A DNA stretch of 56,522 bases, taken from Pseudothermotoga sp. Its GTDB lineage: Bacteria; Thermotogota; Thermotogae; Thermotogales; DSM-5069. The position numbers and the translations under genes were made by a program. Location of the stretch: the NCBI GenBank assembly GCA_037478695.1, contig JBBFME010000001.1, positions 1-56,522 of the forward strand, written 5' to 3'. A model generated the notes under the pieces. It was not told the origin of the DNA and searched no databases. It was given only the letters and a program-made list of their open reading frames with translations. Below, one piece after another: positions 40,216 through 50,545 of this stretch. Each line of letters opens with the position of its first letter. Positions within the stretch are counted from its first letter, which is position 1.

Positions 40216-41164
40216 ATTGTGCACCTCTCTTTTTGGATCTCTTGAAAAGTCCGAGTATACCTCGTGGTTCAAAGCATGCAACTACAACAATTAGTGCGCC
40301 ATAGATCATCAAGTCTATACCCTTTCCTGTTCCTCCTAAGAAGGCACGTGTGTATTCTGAAAGTGGTATCAGTATACCAGCTCCGACAACAGGTCCATAG
40401 ACATTACCAATTCCACCAAGGACTGTCAGCAAGACAATCTTCATCGATATGTCGAGTCCAAAAACCATGAATGGGTCTATGTACAAAATGTACTGCGCAT
40501 ACAACGAGCCAAACAAGGCTGTGATCGCAGAACTTATCATCATTGCGTACAGTTTGTACCTAGTCGTACTTATGCCTAAAGCTTCAGCAGCCTCATGACT
40601 CTCGCGTATTGCCTTCAGATAATATCCCATCTTGTTTTTCTCAATTAGGATGGCAATAGTCAAGCCAATTACGAAAAGAATATAAGCAATGAGAAAGTAA
40701 GGTATCTTCGACTTATGAAATTGCATGAGCCAGAAACTGTCTGGCTTAACTGGTATAGATATACCGGTTGCACCCTCCACAAAATCCCAGCTTACAAAAA
40801 GTTGCTTGATGATCTCCGCCACAGCCAGTGTGGCAATGGCGAAGTAATGTCCCTTCAATCTGAAACACGGATAACTCACAACGGCAGCTACTATCGAGGC
40901 GAATATGGCACCTACTATCATGCCAATCCACGGCGATACACCGAATTTATAAAAGAGAACCGTTGAGGTGTACGCACCAATGCCAAAAAATGCCGCATGG
41001 CCGAAAGAAGTCTGACCAGCAAAACCTGTTATGATATTCCAGCTCTCACCAAGACCGGCGAAGATCAAGAACATTATCAGAACATGTTGAAAATTCACAT
41101 TTTGAAAAACAAATGGAAGAATCAATATTGCCAACAAGATCACATAGAGCATACGATTTTTCAT
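40196..41164 (-). CDS. livM: Branched-chain amino acid-type ABC permease
   Basis: GQTSFGHAAFFGIGAY, YFAIATL, AIRE.. EAAEALG, PRGI. Confidence 0.88.
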   Translation of the reverse strand: MKNRMLYVILLAILILPFVFQNVNFQHVLIMFLIFAGLGESWNIITGFAGQTSFGHAAFFGIGAYTSTVLFYKFGVSPWIGMIVGAIFASIVAAVVSYPCFRLKGHYFAIATLAVAEIIKQLFVSWDFVEGATGISIPVKPDSFWLMQFHKSKIPYFLIAYILFVIGLTIAILIEKNKMGYYLKAIRESHEAAEALGISTTRYKLYAMMISSAITALFGSLYAQYILYIDPFMVFGLDISMKIVLLTVLGGIGNVYGPVVGAGILIPLSEYTRAFLGGTGKGIDLMIYGALIVVVACFEPRGILGLFKRSKKRGAQYVKTAA

Positions 41165-41172
41165 CTGCAAGA

Positions 41173-42027
41173 TCACCACCCGAACAAGCCCTTAGGCCTG
41201 AACTGCAAAACCAGAAGGTATATCAAGAATGCCAAGGCATATTTGAACTGGGTGCCAAGGTAGAAACCACCTATTGCTTCGGTGAGACCAATCAAGATTC
41301 CCGCGTAGAAAGCCCCCCAAATGTTTCCGAAACCACCTAACGCGACGATCACAAAGGCCAGCAATCCATACATAGCGCCAGACTCCGGATAAACTGGGAA
41401 AATGCCAGAAAGAAGTGTACCAGCGACACCAACACATACTCCTGATAGAGCAAAGGTTATAGCATATATTCTTTCGGTATTAACACCCATTAATTCCGCT
41501 ATCTCTCTACTCTGGGCAGTTGCTTGAATTGCCTTTCCAGTCTTAGTCTTCTTTATGAATAAGGCTATCAAAAGAGTCATGGCAATACTTCCAAGCGCTG
41601 CCACCAACTGTGGAAGTCCTAGTACCAGATCACCTAAGAGAATTCTCTTGCCCGAGAGAATCGATTCTCCGACAAACCTGTAATTGGGAGACCAAAGAAA
41701 TTGTGCAAAATTTCTGATGAAAAGGCTCAAACCAAAGGTGGCGAGTAATGCCATCAAACCCGGTGCGTTGACCACACGTTTGATCACGAACTTGTAGATC
41801 AAGATACCGAGTAATGCTGTAAGGCCCGCTGCAATCGGCAGAGAAACAAAAGGATCAAATTTCAAAAGTGTGTACAACCAAAAGACCGTGTACATTGAGA
41901 TCATCATCAAGTCACCATGTGCAAAATTTATGATGTCCATTAATCCCCATACGAGTGTCAAACCAACGGCGACAAGAGAGTAAACAGAGCCTATCAGTAC
42001 ACCAGTCAGAAGAATCTGAAGGAACAT
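41173..42027 (-). CDS. livH: Branched-chain amino acid-type ABC permease
   Basis: INFAHGD, TKTGKAIQA, GGFGNI.GA, RPKGLFG. Confidence 0.9.
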   Translation of the reverse strand: MFLQILLTGVLIGSVYSLVAVGLTLVWGLMDIINFAHGDLMMISMYTVFWLYTLLKFDPFVSLPIAAGLTALLGILIYKFVIKRVVNAPGLMALLATFGLSLFIRNFAQFLWSPNYRFVGESILSGKRILLGDLVLGLPQLVAALGSIAMTLLIALFIKKTKTGKAIQATAQSREIAELMGVNTERIYAITFALSGVCVGVAGTLLSGIFPVYPESGAMYGLLAFVIVALGGFGNIWGAFYAGILIGLTEAIGGFYLGTQFKYALAFLIYLLVLQFRPKGLFGW

Positions 42028-42057
42028 CGCTCATCCCCTCTTTGTGCTAAATCTTTA

Positions 42058-42078
42058 AAGGGGGCTTGCGCCCCCCTT
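42058..42078 (-). terminator. Intergenic hairpin downstream of liv SBP gene
   Basis: AAGGGGG(C)...(G)CCCCCCTT GC-rich stem between SBP and permease. Confidence 0.55.
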
Positions 42079-42081
42079 CGT

Positions 42082-43326
42082 TCATCTCTTATTCCACTCA
42101 GGAAATTGAGGTGCTGGTTCTTTTGTTTGGTATTGTTCAGGCCAAACGGCTTCATAAACACCGTTGAAGATTTGAGTCATAACGGATGCAGAATAGATAT
42201 TTTGTCCATCGGGACCAAATTTGATTCTTCCCGACACAAAGTAAGGAGCCATGAAGGACGTGGTCTTTAGAACATTCAGTATCTTCTGTGGATCGGTTGA
42301 TCCAGCCAAATTGATTGCTTCTGCTATGACGATTGCCGAAGCGAAGTCTTCCAGAGTTGGTCCGTCGATGTCTACACCGGATTTTGCTCTGTACAACTCG
42401 TTGATTTTAGCAAGAATCGGCATCTTCTTGAAGAGTGCTGATGTTGTCGCGTTTGGTCCTGCAAAGTAATCTGCATCCTTTCCGAGGTTGACAACAAACT
42501 GTGGGTCTTGATATCCACCGCAGTATGAGAGAACAACCTTTGGCAATACGTTGAATTCTTTATACTTCTTGACAAACATCGTCATATCACCAATGTAAGA
42601 TGCGTGGAAAATCGCGTCTGGTTTGGCTCCTTTGATCTTCTGAACTTCGATGTCCACATTTGTTGCATTCGCTGGATATTTCACATCTGCCACTAATGTA
42701 AAACCATCTGCTTCGTAATTCTTTATCTTCTCCTTCACCATCTGCGCGGCATGAACACCGTATTCGTTGTCGATGTAAACAACTGCGACTCTCTTAATGT
42801 TGGCGTTGAATTTCTGATTCAGGTACTTCAAGTATTCAAAGAAAAACACCGTTTCCATACCGTCATGGGGAGCTATCCTGAAAAACCATTGGAGCCCTCT
42901 TTCAGTCAGAGCAGCAGAACTCGATGAACCTGCTATGAACGGTATTCCATACTTTTCTGCCACTTGACTGGCAGGCTTTGTGGCTGAAGAGTGATAACAA
43001 CCTATGAGAGCCACTACACCTTCATTTCTGATAAGCCTTTCTGCCTCTGCCATCGCTAATTCAGGGTTAGCTTGGTGATCTGCAAAGACAAACTGAATCT
43101 TAGCTCCGTTGAGATTCGGCAAACCAGCCGTCTTACCAAGTAAGAGTTCGATCTCAGGATGTTCGTTGTTGATGATCTCTTGAGCTACCTCAACTGCGTA
43201 CTTGATCTTCACACCGGTCGCCGCCGCGGGACCTGTCAGTGGGAATATGGCTCCGATCTTGATGATTTGTTCTGCAAAGACCACAAAGGCTACACAGATT
43301 AACAGAAATACCAGCAACTTCTTCAC
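42082..43326 (-). CDS. LivK-family ABC substrate-binding protein
   Basis: Signal peptide (GTG 43326, AGGAGG RBS), IKIGAIFPLTG, GCYHSS, FFRIAPHD. Confidence 0.88.
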   Translation of the reverse strand: MKKLLVFLLICVAFVVFAEQIIKIGAIFPLTGPAAATGVKIKYAVEVAQEIINNEHPEIELLLGKTAGLPNLNGAKIQFVFADHQANPELAMAEAERLIRNEGVVALIGCYHSSATKPASQVAEKYGIPFIAGSSSSAALTERGLQWFFRIAPHDGMETVFFFEYLKYLNQKFNANIKRVAVVYIDNEYGVHAAQMVKEKIKNYEADGFTLVADVKYPANATNVDIEVQKIKGAKPDAIFHASYIGDMTMFVKKYKEFNVLPKVVLSYCGGYQDPQFVVNLGKDADYFAGPNATTSALFKKMPILAKINELYRAKSGVDIDGPTLEDFASAIVIAEAINLAGSTDPQKILNVLKTTSFMAPYFVSGRIKFGPDGQNIYSASVMTQIFNGVYEAVWPEQYQTKEPAPQFPEWNKR

Positions 43327-43575
43327 CTGCACCGCCTCCTTTATCAAAGTGGTTTCGTACACAACATGTTAAGACAAATTCCTTAAGGATACACTCATCT
43401 TACGAAATCAGTGAATTTTTTCTCAACTTTTTCAATTATATCATTCATGTTGCGTCATGTCAACAAAACTGTTGGCATGAGAGCCATTCCCTGATGCGAT
43501 TTTCAACTTGAGTTTGTGCTTTGCCTTCCGATCGCTTGGGATTCATGGCTTATAATCAAGAAGGAGGTGTGAAGG

Positions 43576-44265
43576 TTGAGATCTCTGAAAGCCACATATG
43601 TGGTCTTGGTGATAAACGTTGTGGTGGCGATTCTAATGTTTTTTGTTGAGAGTTTCTCAGGCTTTAGAACACAAGCTTATCTGTTCATTCGATTTGGTGC
43701 ACAATATGGTCCACTTGTGGCTAATGGTGAATGGTATAGACTGATTACAGCGATCTTCGTTCACGGTGGACTATTGCATTTGCTATTCAATTCTTATGCG
43801 CTGTTCTACTTTGGAAATATTGTCGAATCCATATACGGTGTTGAAAAGTTCATCTTTGTGTATTTGGTAACTGGTGTTGTGGGTAATGTCGCAACACATT
43901 TTCTTTACTACAAGGCGATTTCAGTAGGGGCAAGTGGCGCAATCTTTGGACTTGTTGGAGTACTCTTTGCGCTCGGTTTCAGACGTGACACACCATTCTT
44001 CATTAGGCAGTTCACGGGTTATGCACTCCTACCCATGATATTGTTCAACATCATCTATGGGTTCATTCCGGGAAGTGGTATAAACAACGCAGCACACGTT
44101 GGTGGGTTTGTCACGGGCATGCTCTTTGGCTATTTCCTCACACCACGGCCTGTGTATGCCTCTTGGAAAAGATCGACTGCCCTTATTTGGAGAACTATTG
44201 CCCTCAGCTGTGCACTGCTGGTGGTACTATCGTTCGTCCTCTTGGCCGGTTTCTCCGCAAAGTAG
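43576..44265 (+). CDS. Rhomboid intramembrane serine protease
   Basis: WYRL..FVH...HL.FN, GASG (catalytic Ser), AHVGG (His). Confidence 0.92.
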   Translation: MRSLKATYVVLVINVVVAILMFFVESFSGFRTQAYLFIRFGAQYGPLVANGEWYRLITAIFVHGGLLHLLFNSYALFYFGNIVESIYGVEKFIFVYLVTGVVGNVATHFLYYKAISVGASGAIFGLVGVLFALGFRRDTPFFIRQFTGYALLPMILFNIIYGFIPGSGINNAAHVGGFVTGMLFGYFLTPRPVYASWKRSTALIWRTIALSCALLVVLSFVLLAGFSAK

Positions 44266-44294
44266 AACTCAATTTCATGTTGAATCGAGCCTTT

Positions 44295-46013
44295 CTAACT
44301 TTGCTCGATCACCTTCAAAAGGGCTTTGGCTGCGAGCATAGTTCCCTCTTTTTCGTACCCCTCAACACCGAGCATCGTTCTGATTTCACCAACTTTGATA
44401 CCTGTCTCGAACATCTTCTTCATGAACTGTTCTGCGATCTTGTGATGTTCTTTTTGCCTTTGCACAGCCCCAAATGGGTTGGCAAAGTAGGAGGTCGTCA
44501 AACCGGTTTCAGAAGTGGTACCTTTACTCATTCTCTTTCCTTCTGAAAACACTTTCAAAGCATCTTCTATGTTGTCGAAAAAGATTATTCGATCTTCATC
44601 TCTGCTCACTTCGGTGTAATTGTTCGCGTACAAAAAGAAATCTATGTGAGTAGGTGTGATAACTTCGTTGTAGTTGTTGAAGGGCACAATAACGCGTGCA
44701 TTCACCTGATCTGGATTCATGAAAATGCTTCTATCCATTGTCGAGTATGCAAATCCCGGCGGAAGATCATCGAGTCTGACAAAGGCGCCTGTTTCTGTTC
44801 CCAATGCAACGACGTGGCCATCTGCAATAGAGAGACTTCCCATATCATCTATGATCGTGTCGATCTGCGCAACTTCTTCAAGTCTGTTGAGAGCATCGAG
44901 TGTTTCACTCTTTCCAGCTCCACTGTCACCGACAAACATCGCAACAACACTCTTGCCACTCTTCAGAGTAATTCTTGCCATCGAGCCGTGTATTGGAAGT
45001 TTTCCGTGATCGATCTTGATCAAATTGTGGATTGTCAGAGTTGTCTTTTTCATGTAACCAAAATAGTCATTTTCGTCAAGAGCAGGTATCACACCGACAT
45101 AAAGCTTCTTGTCCTTGAAAATCACACCATTTTTCCATTTATCGTTGTAGTTGGGAATTTTGCTCGTCGGTAATCCGAATATCAGTATTCCATCCGGTTC
45201 TCTGTGTTTCAAGTCCTTTGGGGTAGCGAGTTCAAACAAGTTAGCAAGACCTGCACCGTGTGCCAAGTATTCGGCATGGACAAAGTTATAAAAGAGAAGA
45301 TCGCCTACGAAGATTGTGAATCGATACCACTCAGTAGGATCAAGTACGACCTTGTCCAGTATCGTTTCTTCAATGACGGGTAGTACTCCCTTTCTTTTGT
45401 TAGATTTCGTGTAAAAGATCGCAGGTGGATCGAAGATGGCACCCCATACAGTTGGGATTTTTGACATCCAGGGATGTTCTTGATACTTTTCACCGTTTGG
45501 CTCATCAATCAAAAACATAACCTGTGCACCACTTGGAAGTTGTCTCATTACAGTGGGAAAGGTGTTTGAGACGTTCATCATCACTTCTCTGTAGAGGTTC
45601 TTTATCACAGCTTTGAACTGGTCTCCTACCATCGTCATCGTGTATTCAATACTGGCACGTCTATTGTGGTCTTCGACATACTTCTCCTGGCGAACCATGA
45701 ATCTGTGTTTCGAGCGCCAGAATGTATAAAAGGCCTCTATGAATCTTTCCAAATCCTTTGGGTTTACATAGTATATGATATTGGTGATTTCTTTGATATT
45801 TCTCATCGTCAAAAGGTGCAAATATTCGGCAAACCTGTGTATATCGTAGTCACTGTTGACCTTAAAGGCATTCAAAGCATTAAGAAGTGGGCTACCTCTA
45901 TCTTTCAAGATATCCACGAATTCTCTTAATAGTGACTCGAACTTCCTCTGGCTTACGATTTGACTGTAATTAGTGTAGATGATAGAGCCATCTATGATCA
46001 CGCTTCTACTCAT
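44295..46013 (-). CDS. Divergent phosphoenolpyruvate carboxykinase (ATP-type fold)
   Basis: YFGYMKK, PIHGS, P-loop GDSGAGKSE, IDD, GTETGAF, ANPFG parallel the ordered PEPCK motifs; ATG 46013 with GGAGG RBS. Confidence 0.65.
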   Translation of the reverse strand: MSRSVIIDGSIIYTNYSQIVSQRKFESLLREFVDILKDRGSPLLNALNAFKVNSDYDIHRFAEYLHLLTMRNIKEITNIIYYVNPKDLERFIEAFYTFWRSKHRFMVRQEKYVEDHNRRASIEYTMTMVGDQFKAVIKNLYREVMMNVSNTFPTVMRQLPSGAQVMFLIDEPNGEKYQEHPWMSKIPTVWGAIFDPPAIFYTKSNKRKGVLPVIEETILDKVVLDPTEWYRFTIFVGDLLFYNFVHAEYLAHGAGLANLFELATPKDLKHREPDGILIFGLPTSKIPNYNDKWKNGVIFKDKKLYVGVIPALDENDYFGYMKKTTLTIHNLIKIDHGKLPIHGSMARITLKSGKSVVAMFVGDSGAGKSETLDALNRLEEVAQIDTIIDDMGSLSIADGHVVALGTETGAFVRLDDLPPGFAYSTMDRSIFMNPDQVNARVIVPFNNYNEVITPTHIDFFLYANNYTEVSRDEDRIIFFDNIEDALKVFSEGKRMSKGTTSETGLTTSYFANPFGAVQRQKEHHKIAEQFMKKMFETGIKVGEIRTMLGVEGYEKEGTMLAAKALLKVIEQS

Positions 46014-46140
46014 TGCACCGCCTCCCAAAAAGCCTTTTTTATTTTTATACCACGTCAACTGATAGAAAAGAGGAAGTTCAAGGCACAAAACCTTTTCATC
46101 ACTGTGAAGAAAAGGTTAGATTAACCAATCCTGAATCTCC

Positions 46141-46653
46141 TTAAGGTGTTATGGGATTTGGAAAGATCTTGACTTGATCATCATCTTTATAGATCACAGC
46201 AAGATATATCTTATTTGTTTCACCATTCAAAGTGATGAATGGTAGAACAAACAGCTTTTTTGAAATAGTCAAGGTACCCTGAGTCTGAACCAACAAGATA
46301 TTCATCAGATAAACTTTCTCAACAGATTCTGGTTTATCGGTATTGATATCGAATGAATAAACTGGCGTTGCGGCTTTCGTCTCCTGAATGCCTACGAACT
46401 CTACCTTGTTACCCAGTGTGCTAAAAGTATCTTTCAGTGCATTCAAGTACTTGTCAGCTTCTGGTTTTAATGAAAATTCGTCTGTTACTTTGACATACTT
46501 GGAAATAGTACTCAAGTCGTTGCTCAAGAGTTTCTCAAGAGCACCCGCGAGATCTTTAGCCAGATCTTCAACCGTTGGAATGTCTTCTTGTGTTTCTGCG
46601 CAGCCATACAAAATCAATAAGATCACGCCAAGCAACAAAACAAATCTCTTCAT
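46141..46653 (-). CDS. Hypothetical lipoprotein
   Basis: MKRFVLLLGVILLILYG-C lipobox; GGAG RBS. Confidence 0.75.
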   Translation of the reverse strand: MKRFVLLLGVILLILYGCAETQEDIPTVEDLAKDLAGALEKLLSNDLSTISKYVKVTDEFSLKPEADKYLNALKDTFSTLGNKVEFVGIQETKAATPVYSFDINTDKPESVEKVYLMNILLVQTQGTLTISKKLFVLPFITLNGETNKIYLAVIYKDDDQVKIFPNPITP

Positions 46654-46657
46654 ACCC

Positions 46658-48685
46658 TCACTCCCTCCTTGATAGTTCATCATTTATTATACCAACCAAG
46701 ACTTCAACAACTAAGGGATTAAACTGAGTTCCAGCGCAACGCTTCAACTCGTTAATGGCATCTTCAAAACTCATGGGCGTCTTTCTGTAAGGGCGTGGAG
46801 TTGTCATGGCGTCGAAGCTGTCTGCGATGAATATCACCTGAGATTCGATTGGAATTTCACCATTTTTCAGGCCCATGGGATAGCCTTTTCCATCATATCT
46901 CTCGTGGTGATAAAGAATGATTCTTGCAATCTTCTCCATGCCACCTATAGAATTGATCAGCTCATAGCCTTTCACAGGATGTTTTTTCACAAGATCAAAC
47001 TCATCATTGGTCAAATGTCCTTCTTTGTTCAAGATGCCCTGAGGAATATAGATCTTGCCTACATCATGTAAAAGTGCGGCGAGCTCCAACTCAGATGCCG
47101 ATAGTCCTAACTTTCCTGCCATCTTCTTGGACAGTTCAGCTACCCTTTGTGAGTGTACTTGAGTGTATCTGTCATAATATTCAAGTGCCTTCACGAGCAT
47201 CGATACTATTTCTCTGCTCATTTTTTCCTGTAGGGTAACAAATCTTCTCACGACAAAGAAAGAAGTCACAATCTTTGCAATCGCGTTAGCAGCAGTCAGT
47301 TCATGTTCGCTGAAGTGTTGCTGTGCTTCTGTTGTTTCCAGTACTATGCCACCGATAATTTGATCGGTGACCTTCATTGGGAGTATCATCGTGTTCGCAG
47401 GTCTTGGTATGATGTGCTCTATTTTTTCAAAGATTTCGCTGATCATTCTTTGTCTGTCGAATTCTCTGATCTCCTTGACCAACACTGGTTCACTCGGCGT
47501 GTAAAGTTGATCCGACGGTATTTTGAGCGCATTTATCAAATCTTTGTTGAATCCTTTTGCTTCGACAACCTTCCAAACTTTGCCATCAAAAAGAGATATG
47601 TTGGCAAGATCGACATTTGGAAACATATCGAGTATCACATCAAAAGCTTTTTTCAGAAATCTCTCTGCATCTTCTTCAAGGTTGAAGGCTTCGTTGATGA
47701 GTTTCAAAGTGTTCGTAAACCTTTGGTTTGTTTTCTCAAGCTCACTGATGGCTCTTTCCAGTTCTTCGTTGATTACCTTGATCTCTTCAGACTATGCTTC
47801 GAGCTCTTCGTTGTAAGCACTCAGTTGTTCGTTACTCCTTTTTAGCTCCGCTGTAGCTCTTTTCACTGAGTTCTTGAGCAGTCTGTTGAACAAGAGTAAA
47901 GCAAAAACAAAGCCAATCAGGATTGTAACAACGAGCAGCAGAAGGTAAATTACAGAAGGATCAACACCAGCGGGAGGTATCATCGAACTCACGATCTGTT
48001 CAATCTCCTTCGGTGAGATCTTCTGTAAGCCACTGTTCAGCAACTCTAAGACTGCGCTCTTTCCTTTTGGAACAGCCCAGTGCAGGTCATTTTCTGTGAA
48101 AGGAGGAGATTTTCTCACCTGGTATACGAGATCATATCGGTGAAGGTAGTATCTTGCCGGGATGTCATCCATCAGAATTACTTGTATTTCATGATTCTTT
48201 AGAGCTTGAAATAACTCACCGTAAGTGTCGTAGAATTTAAACTGAATCTTTGGATTTTCAGCTTTCGCAATATCATAAAGCGCATCTTGTTTTTTCACTC
48301 CAACAACATAAGGTGTGAGATCGTTGAGGTTTTTCAAAGTCGGCAGACCTTCGTTGTAATATATACTGCTTGTGAGTTTATAAACAGATATGGAATAGTC
48401 CAAGAATTTCTTTCTCTCCTCGGTGACAAAAATGAGATCTATCACATCGGTCTCTTTCTCGCGAGCCATTTCGATCGCCTCATGCCAGTTCATGGGGAGA
48501 AGTTCTACCTCAACACCTGTTCTTTCTGAGAAAAGCTGCCAAAGTTTCACGCTGATCCCGACGAGTTTCCCTTCTTGATCTATGTAGGTAAAAGGTGGAT
48601 AATCTATATCGGTGACGACAGTTATCTTCATACCAAGACTGATTAGAACAGGCAGCAAAAGGATCAGCAAACAGATTTTTCGCAT
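46658..48685 (-). pseudogene. Periplasmic-binding-domain/TM/coiled-coil/GAF/HD-GYP phosphodiesterase interrupted by one in-frame TAG (47792-47794)
   Basis: ORFs 47792..48685 (DYPPF family-3 binding domain plus TM) and 46658..47707 (GAF-like, HDVGK, HHERYDGKGYP) share one frame; the heptad sequence NEELEA*SEEIKVINEELE continues across the stop. Confidence 0.8.
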
Positions 48686-48747
48686 GCTTGCTCCTCCTCG
48701 CTGTGAGGTTGGAAACAAAATTATTTTACCACATTGGAGGGTCGAAG

Positions 48748-49797
48748 TTGAAAGTAGGTGTTTTGCTGAGCGGTGGTGTTGACAGCGCAGTCGCACTCTA
48801 CACTCTTAAGGAAGAAGGTCATGACGTAATTGCTTACCACATGAAAACGATGTACGATCAGTTTTACATAGAAAAGCAGATAAAGCACAAAGTGTGTTGT
48901 TCGCCTTCAGACACGTATGATGCACAACTTATAGCCAGACAAATGGGTGTGCAATTGAGGGTTGTGTACCTACAGGAGCTCTTCAAAGACTCAGTGATCA
49001 AATATTTCTTACAAGAGTACAGATCTGGAAAAACACCAAATCCATGTTATAGGTGTAATCGCTTGATAAAATTCGGCTACGTGATGGATTTGATGACCAA
49101 AGAAGGCGTAGATCTTGTTGCAAGTGGACATTATGCAAGAGTTGTGAACGGCAAGTTGTACAAAGCTGTGAGCAAAGAGAAAGATCAGTCATATTTCCTG
49201 GCGTCGATAGAAAAGGAAAGATTGAAAAACATCGTTTTCCCAAATGGAGATAAAACCAAAGAACAGATAAGAGAGATAGCGAGAAAAGCGGGAATTCACG
49301 TGCACAACAAAGACGAGTCTCAGGATCTCTGTTTCATACCAGATGGAGATCAAAGATCGTTTTTCCAAGAACATGGTTTGGTAGTCGAGGAAGGACCTAT
49401 CTTCGATCTACAGGGCAATCAAATCGGCAAGCACAACGGTCTGACAAACTACACGATTGGTCAGAGAAAGATAGGAATCTCCACAGGAGAAAGGAGTTAC
49501 GTGGTGAAGATCGATCCAGAAAGAAACGCCATAGTAGTTGGTACACAAAAGGATGTCTACGCCTCAACTTTCTTGGTAAAAGAACTGAATTGGTTGACAG
49601 ATGTCGATGAGGTCTTTGAAGCAACAGTGAAGGTCAGAAAAAACTCCCAAGAAGTGAAATGCCAAGTATTGATCGAGAACAACAATGCTCGTGTGACGAG
49701 TGTAGAACCAATCTTTGCTGTGACTCCAGGGCAGATAGCAGTTTTCTACAATGGCGAAATGGTTGTAGGTTCTGGAAAAATCGACGAGGTTTTGTGA
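48748..49797 (+). CDS. mnmA: tRNA-specific 2-thiouridylase MnmA
   Basis: SGGVDS PP-loop, TPNPC..CN..IKFG, SGHYAR, KDQSYFL, SQDLCF, YTIGQR, PGQ; TTG 48748 after GGAGG. Confidence 0.95.
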   Translation: MKVGVLLSGGVDSAVALYTLKEEGHDVIAYHMKTMYDQFYIEKQIKHKVCCSPSDTYDAQLIARQMGVQLRVVYLQELFKDSVIKYFLQEYRSGKTPNPCYRCNRLIKFGYVMDLMTKEGVDLVASGHYARVVNGKLYKAVSKEKDQSYFLASIEKERLKNIVFPNGDKTKEQIREIARKAGIHVHNKDESQDLCFIPDGDQRSFFQEHGLVVEEGPIFDLQGNQIGKHNGLTNYTIGQRKIGISTGERSYVVKIDPERNAIVVGTQKDVYASTFLVKELNWLTDVDEVFEATVKVRKNSQEVKCQVLIENNNARVTSVEPIFAVTPGQIAVFYNGEMVVGSGKIDEVL

Positions 49798-49840
49798 TAA
49801 AATCAAAAAATAAAAGTGTTTAGTCAAGGGAAGTGATTCT

Positions 49841-50536
49841 TTGTTTCCACTACATGACACTATTGTTAGCAGAAGAAAACCCTATGTAGTCTATGCTTTG
49901 ATCGTGATAAACGTAGTAATCTTCATATACCAACAGACTCTGTCAAGACGAGAGCTTGTAGAGTTTCTGTACAACTTTGGTCTTGTTCCTGCTCGCTTTA
50001 CTTCAGAACGCTGGAGTCAAATATGGCAGCTGAGAACCAATCTGGATCTTTACTCTCCGAAGTGGTTGCCACTCTTCAGTCATATGTTTCTTCACGGTGG
50101 CTGGTCTCATCTGATTGGGAACATGTGGTTTTTAGGCGTTTTTGGCGATAATGTAGAAGACACTATGGGTCACTTTCTTTTCAGTATCTTCTACATCTCG
50201 AGCGGTTTTCTCGCTGCTATGACACACTTTTTGCTGAGTTTCAATTCGCAAGTGCCAATGGTTGGCGCTTCCGGTGCTATCTCAGCTGTAATGGGTGCTT
50301 ATTTTGTTCTTTTTCCCTATTCGAGAGTGATTTCCTTTGTCCCACTCTTCTTCATGCCATTCTTGGTTGCGATACCAGCAACCATTTACTTGTTCATGTG
50401 GTTCATTTTCCAGATCATCAGCGGGTTGTTTGACAGCGTTGTGAGTTCTGGTGTTGCTTATTGGGCACATGCAGGAGGTTTCGTTGTGGGAATGTTGTGG
50501 GGATTTATCCTAAGGAGAAAGAGATATCGCTGGTAA
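49841..50536 (+). CDS. Rhomboid intramembrane serine protease (second)
   Basis: MFLHGGW.HLIGNM.FL, GASGA, AHAGG. Confidence 0.9.
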   Translation: MFPLHDTIVSRRKPYVVYALIVINVVIFIYQQTLSRRELVEFLYNFGLVPARFTSERWSQIWQLRTNLDLYSPKWLPLFSHMFLHGGWSHLIGNMWFLGVFGDNVEDTMGHFLFSIFYISSGFLAAMTHFLLSFNSQVPMVGASGAISAVMGAYFVLFPYSRVISFVPLFFMPFLVAIPATIYLFMWFIFQIISGLFDSVVSSGVAYWAHAGGFVVGMLWGFILRRKRYRW

Positions 50537-50545
50537 AAGGAGGTA

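Noticed and set aside
47792-47794. Pyrrolysine or programmed amber read-through
   Set aside because: No pyl genes or obvious recoding signal in the window; a point mutation is simpler.
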